Source of the DNA: Ruditapes philippinarum
Taxonomy: Eukaryota
Assembly (NCBI RefSeq): GCF_026571515.1
Contig: NW_026855127.1
Span: 372,001-436,000, forward strand
Direction of reading: 5' to 3'
DNA length: 64,000 nt
In this document: positions 51,646 through 64,000 of the stretch, piece after piece
Position numbering within the stretch: the first letter of the stretch is position 1
How the letters are laid out: each line of letters begins with the position of its first letter
The notes under the pieces: generated by a model
The model's input: only the letters and a program-made list of their open reading frames with translations
Database searches by the model: none
Told to the model about the DNA's origin: nothing
Made by a program: the position numbers and the translations under genes

Positions 51646-52103
51646 ACATTTTTATGAGGTTGTAAAACAACTATTTCTGAGAAATATCAGATGGCAGTGG
51701 GGTCTGAATAAACAAAAAATGAAAATTTGCTAAAAAATATATTCAATTGGATATTCAATTCTTTGTATATTCTTTTATCAATTTAAAAGAATTGATCATT
51801 ATTCATTATATAAATTGGATTATTCATAAATCAAATTAGTAAAGTCACTAACATTCCGTCGTCACTATTCTTTCAATTTACTCAATATGTTAGTACACTA
51901 AGTTATATATTTAAGTAATTGTGTTCAAAAAAGGTAAAGCAGTCTCTTTGTAATTTTTTTTGTTGCATTAAAAAAGAAAACAAAACACTTTCGACCAGAT
52001 AACCTTTCATTACAGAAACGTAAATCAAGTTTGAGCGGCAACTGTTTTCTTTAATCCTGATATAAAACGCACCATAGAAATATAATGATGTTTGCAAAGA
52101 CAA

Positions 52104-52182
52104 ATGAGCCGCGCAAAGACAAAACCAACATAGTGCGTTTGCGACCAGCATGGACCCAGATCAGCCTGTGCATCCGCGTAGT
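52104..52182. mobile_element. Terminal fragment of a common bivalve MITE
   Basis: TGAGCCGCG...AAAACCAACATAGTG..TTTGCGACCAGCATGGA.CCAGA.CAGCCTG.GCATCCGCG resembles a recurrent clam MITE end as I recall it; the partner end is missing. Confidence 0.55.
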
Positions 52183-55100
52183 ATAATATATTGAATAGAA
52201 TAACTATTGTAAATTTTATTGTTAGCCTTATAAATTACAGGTATTTTGCAACATAGATTAAAAGAACTAACTTAGCATTTTAAATGTTGTTAAAGTTTCA
52301 ATGATTAATTAAGCAATTGAGTCTAAATGATAATGTATGAATGTCAAAGAATGACATGTTGGAGTGGGACATGTTGGAGTCTCAATTTTTTATTAAAAAT
52401 GTTTCAATTTCCTTCTAGAAGAAAACAGTCAATGACAAAATGCCATCTCGACTTCAATACAAAACAGAGAGATAAAGTGCTAAGAACCTTATATATTAAC
52501 CTAATCAAAAAAAGTTGCTTTTATCACTTGGAAAAGTGCTGAATAACCATAAAATGACATTGTGATTAGCAAAGAAAAACCACAATTTCATTAGATAATA
52601 GATAATGGTCGATTCCAGGAAGCCAAATAGATATAAAAATATCTCACAGCTAGCCGATGATTTAAGCATAAATGAGATTGAATGTGATTTATCATATTTG
52701 AAAATACAAATGACATCCATTGCAAAACAACCATTCATTCTTCAAAGTAGGTCATTGGGTAACAGTAAAAGTCATCTGATGTTAAATATTGATTGATTTC
52801 ATACATTAAAGCGTATAAGTGGTCAACATTTCAAAACCTGAAGCCAAAATGTTTTAAACAAATTTGTCATCATTGTGTCATCACAGGTTTAAATCAGCTG
52901 TATTTAAATCCAAAATTAAGGACCAAAGCTTTTGTGAGCTAAACAGATCAAGGAATCAGATCTAATAAAATTGTTATCGCGATGTTTCAAACGATGCTCA
53001 CGTTATTAACGTTCAGTAGTCGATTAGCAAATATACAATTATATGAAAGCTGACAATAATTATATGTATTCCATGCCGAAATAAAAATAATCCTAATATA
53101 AGCTTGTCAAAGAAAATAGGTAAAAAGCAGATTAACGGTCTATATTGTATGCGTTAGGATTTAATTTGTTAAAAGAAAGTACATAGGACGATGCCGCGTT
53201 GCCTTTTAAAAAACATATCACAGTCAGTGCTAGAAATATTTCTTTTTATTAACCTAAAAAGAATGATTTATTAACCTAAAAAAATGGAAATAAGTGATGA
53301 AATGCAAAATATGATTAAAGTGAGCTAAGAAAGACATCAATTTAATTTGATAATGGGCATTGTTTGGTACAAATAAAAAATGTATTCGAAGTCAAAATGT
53401 TATGAGCATGTGATAATGCGAGATGACTTCTTATAGCATCAATGGAATCGGGGTTATTTTTAATATTAACCCTCTTATTATAAACCTTATTGTGTAAACC
53501 AATGCAATATTTGCTTTACTTTTGTCAGCTTAGCATAATGTAATTAGATTCATTACAATATCAATCTGATTACATTTTTTAATTTGGCCTACATTCTCGC
53601 AAATGAAATCCTTCAAATGATATTTACTTGCATCTTGATTTTCGTTTCAGATAATAATACTGTCTAGAAAGCGAAAAAGAAGCCACTGGTTTTCGCATGA
53701 ATGTCGCCTTCAGGAAACAATCTTTCAAATGTTCTGATTATTTATGACAGTATGAAATATCAACAAAAGAGTAAACCATGTTCGTACAAACGGGTTTTTG
53801 CTTTTTTTAGTGTACAAAGTCTAGAAAGAGTTCGGGTGTCCTTTGAGAGAATCAGTCCTTAAAAAAATTAGAATCACAATCTTAAAGAAAAAGCATTGAC
53901 TCGATAATTGTCAATCTGTTCACGAGACAAAAGTAAGACTGCAAATGATATTTTTTCGGCTCGTAACACTGGCTTTTATGTTATCGTATACACAACAGAT
54001 GTAATTTGTGTGTCATTGTAAAGTTTTAAATGAAGCATAGCCTTTAAATGCTATAAATTATAACCAAAGGTTTGGTTACCATGGGAAACTAATTTCTACT
54101 GACAAATATGATTTATTTCACTATACACTTGAGACATTAAAGCTGCAAAACAATGATCAGACAATTCGTTATAACCTATATGAATATTGTAAGAAGCACC
54201 AAGGTATTTACAAAGATGAATCTGATTTTAGGAATTGTAATGCATTTTTTTGTCGTCACTGATAGCTCGTATAAATGTTAGGAAGCCGAATATCTTCCCT
54301 TAATGGAGGTCAAAATTTGCACCCCTATGTATCGATATGCTTCGAAATTTCCTCAATAGAAATAAACTGTTTAAAATGTTTTGGAATAATTCAGTAAGTC
54401 ACATACGATATGTTATGCCATAACATGTTTAAATGGTTGATAATTAACTTTTGTTGAACCAGACGTATAGAAATAAGGTCATGTACATTCTTTTAGAAAA
54501 ATCTATATAATTATAATCATATTATGGAAATAGTTATACAAGCAATTGTAAAAATCTATACTAGTAAACGTTATAATCTGCTAATTATTATAAAAGGTTG
54601 GTTAACCTTTGCCACCAATATACAGCCAGATCGGCATGAACATTTTCGTTTTTTTAACTTAAATTGATAGTGTGTTCTTTTGTTTTTATTTGCTGGAAAA
54701 GCAGTTAAAAATGTAATACACAGATTTGCTTGAGATATGACAGGGAGAGAAACAGAAGCGCTTTGCTGTTGTTTAATAATCCTGCAGCGATTGTAAAAAA
54801 TGTTGTCTTTATGTCAAATATTTTTTTATTTATATTTTATTAAATATGTAACTCATATATGTAAAACAAATACATTGCACTCTATGCTTTTTTGATGAAC
54901 ACTTACAAGATGTAATTATATAAACACATATTTTTCACTAAATATAAATAATTGCGATACTATCTTAGCAGTTAGCTGCTTGCTAACAACAACGGTTTCT
55001 ACCCGTGCGACCAGTTCAGGCAAAGATCAGCATGTAAATTCAAACCTTGTAGTTTTTGCCATTTTTTTGCTTTTCATTCTGTTAGTGTCTTGATGTTTTT

Positions 55101-55820
55101 CCCTAAAACGATGATTTATACAGACTGAAAGACGAATAAGTCATTTTAAGACATTTAGCTTCGTAAGGGTAAAACATATCTGTGTATTCATTAAAACTAT
55201 GCAGACCAAACAGCATATGGCTAATTAGAAAGTTTGTATGTTGATTGAGCTAATATGTGTATGTTTATATCCACACAACCGGCTTTCGAAATAATGAATA
55301 GCCATCGGGTTGAGCCCAAGTTTTGTCAACATTAACGATCGGCGCTCCCTAAATTTTATGAACTACAGTGATTCTAGACTAGACAAAGTATATGAAATTG
55401 TACGTTTTTCATATGTTGAAATATGTTTTATAAATAAGAAATGGAAAATGATCTAGTGCAATTGTATTTTTGTAATAATTTAGATGCAAATAACCCGTTA
55501 ACGTCTGACAAGTTTGAACAAACTGCATGTCTTTGCATACAAAAGCTAATTTTTTTTCCACGTCAAAATAATTACGTGTCAACGTTGTTCGAGAAGGCGA
55601 TAATAAAAACTTGAAATCTAGACATTCCCTTTCTAACCAATCATGCGTTACTTTAAGTAACGGAACGAGTTGATTTTGTTATCATGTTGAATGAATTAAA
55701 ATTACGATTTATAAAAAGGCTACTTAAATGTTCATCAAAATTTTAAACTTATAATGAAATACATGTACCTCATACACAATATTATAAACACTTCAGTCAT
55801 AATTTATCTTTATCAATATA

Positions 55821-56008
55821 NNNNNNNNNNNNNNNNNNNNNNNNNNNNNNNNNNNNNNNNNNNNNNNNNNNNNNNNNNNNNNNNNNNNNNNNNNNNNNNN
55901 NNNNNNNNNNNNNNNNNNNNNNNNNNNNNNNNNNNNNNNNNNNNNNNNNNNNNNNNNNNNNNNNNNNNNNNNNNNNNNNNNNNNNNNNNNNNNNNNNNNN
56001 NNNNNNNN
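55821..56008. other. Assembly gap (188 N)
   Basis: Run of N. Confidence 1.
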
Positions 56009-56691
56009 TTTTACAAGAAAAGTAGTTTAAGCAATTTCAATAGATCCTTTAGCCCTTTGCCGCTTGCTTCGTTTTTGAATGATGTATTTGTCTGGTTTTG
56101 AGTCTGGAACACATTTTTGTCTAATTATTTAAATATAAAAAAGGAAGAAGTATGGACAAGTTAAAACAATCCTTTACTGCTCAGCATCATTTCGTAAAAA
56201 GTAATAACTAGACTTTTGCATATTTAAGTTTACAGTTGACAAACTATATTCCAAAATACAGAAATTAAGAATATTTTGAGTTTTAAATGAAATAACTTAA
56301 TATGCAAAAGTGCGTTTGGAATTTTCAAAAAAACAAAAACATTCTGTTTATTTTTGGAATTTTCATGCATACAACTTTTTAGTTACTTTACATAGTGTTT
56401 TTTTAATATTATTATTTAAAATAGCATCTGGCGGGACAACTTTTTTTTTAATTAATGTTGCTATGCTAGGAAAAGCAAATTGTCTTGATTACGTCTCCTA
56501 ATTATATTGAAATTATTCCACCAGGAAATGAAGTAATTTGATAATTAGATTGGACAAGATTCCATGGAATATGACCCGGTTCTCGGTATATTGAGTTATT
56601 ATGATAAGTTGTCAAGTCTTCTCCTGATAATTGTTGCCAAGGCTTTACCTTTGCAATACTTCATGAGAACTTGGCTGATGTAGTTGACGAA

Positions 56692-56760
56692 TGTTGTTTA
56701 ATTGTTTGTTTGGTCTCAGCGCACCAACAAAGTATAGGTCATATGGTGCCGAAACAGGAA
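56692..56760 (-). mobile_element. SINE 3' tail fragment
   Basis: Minus strand CCATATGACCTATA...TTGGTGCG...(AAAC)n, similar to the SINE tails at 26.9 and 28.5 kb. Confidence 0.45.
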
Positions 56761-57084
56761 CGATGAGTTTGGCTAACCTCGGGTGTTACAAACTGCAAAG
56801 CAACATCAAGGGTTAAAAGCACCTCACTGGCTGGAGCTAACAGATGCATAGACTCCAAAAAACATACATATATAATTGATAAATCAGTTCATTACTTACT
56901 GACAATATACTAAACAAGAACTTTTGATATACATGTTTTGCATTAACCTAACAGTGCATTTTGAAATTAGATGAACTTGTCAAATTTTAATGATAATTTT
57001 AGGTTTTCTGTTCAGGAAAGCTATTAAGATATACACAAATCACTTTTCTTGGACCTGTTGATCCCAATACCGGTAAAAAAATAT

Positions 57085-57310
57085 AAAAACATGACCCAAA
57101 TTGTTTGTTTTTAAACGTATGTGTCCTTTATTTGAGTGAAATTTATAACAAAACAAGACCCAAACTGTTTCTTCTTAAGCTTATGTCCTTATACTGATTA
57201 AATTAATAACAAAACAAAGACCCACACTTTTTTAACTTTAACATATGTGTCCTTATTTTGGTAGAATTTATAACAAAACAAGATCAAAAATGTTTGTTTT
57301 AAACTTATAT
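57085..57310. repeat. ~62-bp tandem repeat, ~3.5 copies
   Basis: ATAACAAAACAAGA anchor recurs at ~57146, ~57206 and ~57270. Confidence 0.75.
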
Positions 57311-58836
57311 TTAAAGAGCTTACTTGATGCTGACAGAAATGGAAAGTAATTAAGGAATGTGACAATTTTCTCAAGATTGATCAATACGAATTAACAATAG
57401 TACAGACTTATTAATGACAAAGATTACCGTTTGACAAACCTTTTCCAACCAAACTTAGCTAATTTCGTTGTTTGCATTTCACTTAATTGATCCTCTGGTG
57501 TGTGAATATAAGAAAAACAGGAAGAAATTAAGACAAATATATGTTAACCATGTTAACATGAGACTATTTTATTCTGTCTTATAGCTTGAATTAATCACAT
57601 TATCACACCATATAGACAAATACAGCAATGATGCGGTTTACCACTCCGTTTGTAATCAACCGCAGTTGCAAAACCAAACGCAAATCAGAACTATATAAAT
57701 TCTAGTTGTTTCTCAATAGACATAACTTTAACAAAAGAATCAATGTCAAAAATGATAATTAAAAACATGTGTTTGTAAACATTTGTAATATCAGCATACA
57801 ATTTCTAATCTTGAGTAAATATAAGTTATGTTACAACATAATGAAAACGTGATAAAAATGTTGTGTGACATTTACACGCGCGTTAGAGCATGCTATTACA
57901 AGAATTTACGTCATATACAGTGAGTCATGTTAAAATGAACGCTACGTACTTAACACAAATATTAGGAAGTAATCTAGCAGATTGTATTACCTTATCATTG
58001 GCGACGATTATGATTTAAGGATTGGCCATTTGCTTTTCTCTATAGTCTTAGATCGGCTAGAAATTTCACAAAATGTCCTCAATTCACTGTTTTGCTTAGA
58101 CGAAACGTTCAATTTAAGATTATGATTTAATGATTAACTATGTAAATAAAAAAGTCTTGAAAGACATGTTATAATGATTACATTTTTTTCTGCACATTAT
58201 TATATCTCTATCAAATATTCCTTCGATTACATTTCAAACAAGCGTAGAACGTTAGAACTTCATGATTTCAAGCTTGCTTTAAAACGCATTATTCTACTAG
58301 ATAATATTTAAATAAGTGATATATTCCGTTTTACTTTAATTTATTAATATATCAATATCAAAAAGTAAAAACACTAGCAACAAACGTTTAACCAGCACAT
58401 TAAGTGTAAACTGAAATTTTAATTTTAGTTCCTATCACTGCAAAAGTAAGTGTTAGAATCATTCTTCTATTGTAAAATATTTCATTGAATAGAACCAAAA
58501 TGTTAGACAATGTGTTAACATAATCAACCCTTCCCCTTGCCATGAAAAATGCATGAAAGCGTATCATAAAATTTCTACTTATAAAATGTCAATCTTCATA
58601 AATAATTAATTTGTTTAAAACCAATAAAGTTTTTTTTGTAAATGTATTTAAATTGGTAACGTATTATTTTGCCTGTAACAAAAATTATTCGCCATCTATA
58701 CACCATGTTATTTTCTCTTTAAATCAACTCTGTTATCCTTTTTGGTATCTCTGTACAGAAATTAAAGTCGTATTTGATTAGAATCATTTAATTTAGAATT
58801 TGCTTTGATAATTTTGATTTAAAGTGACAGTTATAA

Positions 58837-58976
58837 AGGCGTCACAGGAATATACTGCTGAGATTTAAGGAGAACAAAATGAAGTCTTCACAAGGTATCA
58901 TGCAGAGGCGTCACAGGAATATACTGCTGAGATTTAAGGAGAACAAAATGAAGTCTTCACAAGGTATCATGCAGAG
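58837..58976. repeat. Perfect 69-bp tandem duplication
   Basis: 58837-58905 is identical to 58906-58974. Confidence 0.95.
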
Positions 58977-59021
58977 AGAAAATTGCCTTTGCCTTCCTTT
59001 TTAGTTTTTACTACTGCAAAA

Positions 59022-59170
59022 CTGCTGTTGCTGCTTCTGCTGCTGTTGTTGTTGTTGTTATCGCCGTCGTCGTTGTTGTTGTTGATGATGATGATGATGA
59101 TGATTATGCTGTTGTTATTGTTGTTGTTGCTGGTGGTGCTGCTGCTGTAGTTGTTGTTGTTGTTGTTGTT
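59022..59170. repeat. Compound trinucleotide microsatellite (GTT/GAT/GCT)n
   Basis: Read directly. Confidence 0.9.
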
Positions 59171-60634
59171 TTCTCTGCGATTATTAAATATGATTCAATG
59201 TTTACTTACTTCGTTACTGTTTGAATTATTGTTTAGATAGTAAAATGTCATGTCAATTTATGCTTTAGAAGAAAATTCCATTTACTAAGCTTTAATTTTG
59301 ATATAATACTATTTTATCATTTTGCGTTTAATTAAAAACAAATTGGTTTTTCTCTTTATTAAAAAATCATTGATTAAGTTACGTGGACAAAGTCAGAGAC
59401 ATAATCTTGGTTTACTTCATAAAGTGAAGATATAATTATATAACGTATATTTACTCAATATACGAGGAGTTTAAATGTCAGTGACAGATTATCCGTACCT
59501 AATGAAAATTGAAACCGCTCAGTATTGAAAATGTTTCATGCTTAGTTTGACTAAGCCAGTTTCGCCCTCATCTTCCTAGCACCGGCTAAACTCTTATTCA
59601 ATATTGAAAATAATTATGGTTGTTATTTATCATTTCTAACCACAGTTGCATTCATTACAAAAAGTTCGTTCAAACCTAAGGGTATAATAGATTTGTCAAT
59701 AAGTAGCGAGATAATTAGATTATGCTATGAGGATGAGAGCAATAAATCTTCCTAATTTAATTTTGTCTTTCAAGATAATGAAGTCTCTTTGGAAAAGATT
59801 TATATGTTTTCTATACTTTTTTGAGAAAACCATAAACTCAAAACCATCTCTGTCAACAGATAATGCAGTAGTTTTATAAAAATAAATATTATTGTATCAC
59901 TGTAGTAATATCTAAAATCATGTGTTGTCGTCATTATTGCATGAGTTTAGAAAAACTTGAAATGCGCGCCTTTGACTTATAGATTTAAATATACATTTGA
60001 CAGTTTTATTTTGTTAAAAAAGGAAATCCGATAGTAACTGTAGTATAATGGAAATTTTTAACATTTCCCTGTTTTATTACCATTCAACATAGACATATTA
60101 TGACATTTTTAGAGGAATCAAAGCGATGACAAAAAAGTTTGAATTTATCTTTGTTAAACAAACAACAGTGACAACAAACACGATATATCTATAATTTTAT
60201 AATTTTGAAGCCGAAACATGATGTAGTCGGATTAATCAACAATCACTTTTAAGTATAATGAATTTGTTAGTCTTTTTTGCATTTTCAAATACCAGTACCT
60301 GTACTTGATTCCTTGAATTGTTTTAAAAGCTTTACAAGTGATGTCATAGAATAAGAATTACATCTATTGTGAACGTTAAAATTGTTGTATTTTACGAGTA
60401 AATGTCAATGTAGCATTTTGAACCACTTAAATCTAAAACAATGGAAGCACGAAGTCAATACTGTGATAATTCGTGCCGAGACATGTCAGGAGTATGACGA
60501 TATAATAGTATTCTATTAAAGATAACGTGCGATTCTCTAATAAAACAATGTGTATGTCAACTATTTCTAACGCTGCAATTATGATGATTTGGAGCATACG
60601 TGATTAGCAGTAGAACAGCGTAAGCATAATAATA

Positions 60635-60829
60635 TGGTGGCTGATTTTTGTCATGTCGTACTTTCGCTCCGCAGGGCATCGGACGAAAAAGCAAAAATAC
60701 GACAAAGTCAACATTTTTTCATACTTTTGAATTACAGGGCTAAAGGCGAAAACACGATAAAACGGCAAAGTAACCACTGTCGTATATCGTATATTGCGGT
60801 CCGGGGAGCGAAAATACTTCATGGCACCA
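60635..60829. mobile_element. Short MITE with TA flanks
   Basis: TA-TGGTG...GTACTTTCGCTCC / GGAGCGAAAATAC...CACCA-TA imperfect inverted ends. Confidence 0.55.
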
Positions 60830-61629
60830 TATATTAATTTTTGTGAATTCTTTTAAATCTAAGCCACAGAAATAATTGTTGAGTTCTAGAATGAAAGATG
60901 TTTGAGAAAAAATGTTAATGAATATATGTTCTATCGTTCATTGATTTTTATTTCGTAACAATTGATGATTGAAATATCACTGCAATACATAAGCTTATTA
61001 TTAAATGTTTCAATGTATGTTTTATTATACTTATAACTAAAGTACTAATTATAAAACTTTATATTAACTTACTTAAGATCACCATTAAAAAAAAAACAAA
61101 AAAAACTTAATGTCGTATTGTGTTGTTCAGTTTAACGAAATACCTTTTTTGTTCAACAAAACGTGAATTATTTTATTTTTCTCATGTTACAAAGGTTGCT
61201 TTGTATATTATACTATTGAAATTGAGAAAGCTTTGATCATATATCATGTTTTATGTACAGTTACCTGGATGCGATTTATATTGCTATCATATTTAATGGC
61301 ATATTTATATTTCTGACGTTACATATTTTATTGAAGATACGAGATAGTTCAGGTAACATGATATTTTCATTGCATTGCTGTATGTTTTATTGATATATCA
61401 GAACATATTTTTTATTGGGAATTTATATGTTTTGTCCGATACCACTTCAAAATCTTTTCATTTGACTTTTAATTTAAACTGAATTCAACGAAACACAAAA
61501 TTAGACAGAAATCTTAACCAAAACAAAACATTATTTGTATGTTTGTTTCATAATTTTCAATAAACGTTTTTTTATTTGATGCGTATTGTTGAATTTGATA
61601 CAATTTCATGTCTTTTTTTTAAAGAAATT

Positions 61630-62195
61630 TGTAATTGTTATTTTGTTATCATCTTTAATTGTCACCATGTTATCATTTAAATTGTCATCTGTGATTGTCA
61701 AGATGGTATCACTTATTATTGTAAGCATGATATCATTTGTAATTAATGTTTGTAATTAACATCATGTGATCATTTGTTATTGTCATCCTGTTATCACTTA
61801 TAACTGTTTGATTATGTTATGATTTGTTATTGTCATTATGTCATCATTTGTAATTGTATCGTTTTATCATTTGTAATTATCATGATTTTTTTCACTTGTA
61901 ATTGGCATCATGTTATCACCTGTAAATGACGTCATGCTATCATTTGTTATAATTTTTATCATATTATCATGTGTAATGGACGTCATGTTATCATTTGTAA
62001 TTGTCATTATGTTTTCACTTCTAACTGTCTTTGTGTTATCATTTGTAATTGCCATCATGTTATTACTTGCAACTGTGATCATTTTTTCACTTGTAACTGT
62101 CTTTTTGTTATCATTTGTACTTGCCATCATGTTATTGTAATTGTTTTCATGCTATCATCTGTCAATGTCATCATGTTTTCATTTGTACTTGTACA
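61630..62195. repeat. 24-bp minisatellite, second array
   Basis: Same unit as 51140-51645 and shares its downstream flank. Confidence 0.9.
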
Positions 62196-62882
62196 TTTGT
62201 ATGAGGTTGTAAGACAACTATTTCTGACAAAATACAGTTGGAAGTGGAATCTGAACATAATTGAAAATGTGCTCAAAGAAAATAGCTATTGCCAATTGAA
62301 AAAATGACATGTACTTCTCAACAGTAAGTCAATTTCTATAATGTTATATATAATTGCTCATATATATTGCAGAAAAACAAACTTTAACATGTTATTGCCT
62401 ATAATACTTTTCTAATATCAAGTGAATCGTCATACGATTGTTTGTTTCTTTTTTTTAAGGAAAAGCATTAATCAATATTTTAGATAGATGTAAATACAAG
62501 TAAGTAAACCCAAATCAACCAACATTCCGTCGTCACTGATATTTCAATTTACTCAAGGTTTTATAAGCTTTAGTCATACATTTCAGTTATTTAGTTAAAA
62601 AAATGTAAAAGTAATTGTGAACATTGTGAATTTCTTCCCGCTCAAGCCGGTTCAAGCGGGCCTGACTGATGTTGCACTTTTCAAGTATCCCTCATATACA
62701 GACTCAATCAAACCGAGTCAGTATGCTATATTATTGTCATTTTGTTGTGATAGGTGCTTCCGAGGGATCACCCTTTTTCTAGATTTCAATAGGATTTTGA
62801 GAATAATATTGGCAATAAAGTATTAAATATTTTCTTCAGTCTTGCGAATTATAATGAAATAAAGGTTACAAAACTTTTTGTA

Positions 62883-64000
62883 AAATTCATTTGGATTTAT
62901 AGAAATCAATTTCATTTCGAAAGGAGCATGCAAATACTTATGTAAGAACACATCAATATGACTTGTTTGTCAAAGTATTTGCTACAAGCCCAGGTCTTTA
63001 AATAAAAATGTGTTATCGTTGACATACCTTTATATTAACGATGTTCTCACCAGCTCGTATATAGAAGGCTGCAGAGTATAAAAAGACACCTAATATACGA
63101 TCCCAGTTGCCCTTTACACATGTTGATGATGACTTTGCTATTTCTTTTTAGATTTGTACAGAAATAATCATTCAAGTACACAATGTCGAAACGAAGTTAC
63201 TTTCGAACAATGCGCGAGGAGCGAAAAAGCTTATATAAAGCCGATCCCCTCCATGCTCTTTGTCCAAAAATTTATGAGCACGCAACCCTGGGTTATGAAA
63301 CGGCATGCCCTATCATGATCAGATTTGTCTCAGCTGTATCTTCCTGTGAAAGAAAATATAAAAAGAAATCTTCGATTCATTTCTGGTAGTTTCTAATAAG
63401 CAAAGCAACATATAGATGATTAAACATATTAAAGGATTCTCCACTGAGGACAAAAGCCTATAAAATAAAAATTTGAATTTCCTAAAGAGATCAGCTGGGG
63501 CACTAAAACAGAAAGATATACAAAAGATATTAAGATATATACTCAAAACTAAATTGAAATTGTATTTTTTTGTTTTGTATTGTGCAACACCTTTCCATTT
63601 TGGTCATTTCTTATAATTAGAATAATTATTTTGGAAAAATACCGTGGGCAAATGATCTAAAATGTTGGACAAAAAGCTTTTTGTCTAGACCTACATCAAA
63701 CGGAACATAAATCTCGAAAAAATATTTTCAGTCCCGACATGTCAAAAAGACAAACTCAGTGGAGTCCTTTAATAGACAACAACTACAAGTTCACACTGTT
63801 GCTATATAACTTATCAAATTTAAAAATATTATCTTCTGCTCATGTTTTTTTTTTATTTATGCTGCTAGTTTACGTTCCATGCTAGCAACATATTTGTTAC
63901 TTAAAAGATACTCATTTGTTCCGATATAAAAAAATAACCATAAATATTTAAAATGAAATCAGTATGGTGATGAAAATTCAATATTTGAAACTTTGACGGG
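62883..64000 (+). repeat. Direct segmental duplication of 31207-32342 (runs off the window end)
   Basis: High identity by eye (~95% or more), including the Kolobok-like MITE. Confidence 0.95.

Noticed and set aside
51143-51657. Overlapping Cys/His-rich, hydrophobic or Met/Thr/Asn-rich ORFs (also 61867-62307)
   Set aside because: Products of a 24-bp minisatellite open in several frames on both strands; no promoter or splice evidence.

Overview
AT-rich, gene-poor eukaryotic genomic DNA with no prokaryotic features, rRNA, true tRNA genes or CRISPR array. The repeat content (HINE/Helentron-type elements with TGACCTTGACC cores, Meta- and CORE-type tRNA SINEs, TTAA-TSD MITEs) points to a bivalve mollusc; this is an inference. 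The first ~41 kb is a degenerate tandem array of a ~9-11 kb unit. Three units carry an intact, apparently intronless, TATA-driven minus-strand gene for an unrecognised 74-aa protein (1250-1474, 10370-10594, 24724-24948). Its N-terminus (M-AVVLP/M-AIVLP) loosely resembles an IAP-binding motif. Two further unit derivatives have lost the gene by deletion. A large palindrome (arms ~33489-40343 and ~41327-51139, ~1 kb spacer) has mosaic arm divergence and an arm-specific 2.9-kb nested DNA-transposon insertion. The rest is TE fragments, mini/microsatellites, a 188-N gap and further segmental duplications. All identities were counted by eye; no database search was possible.
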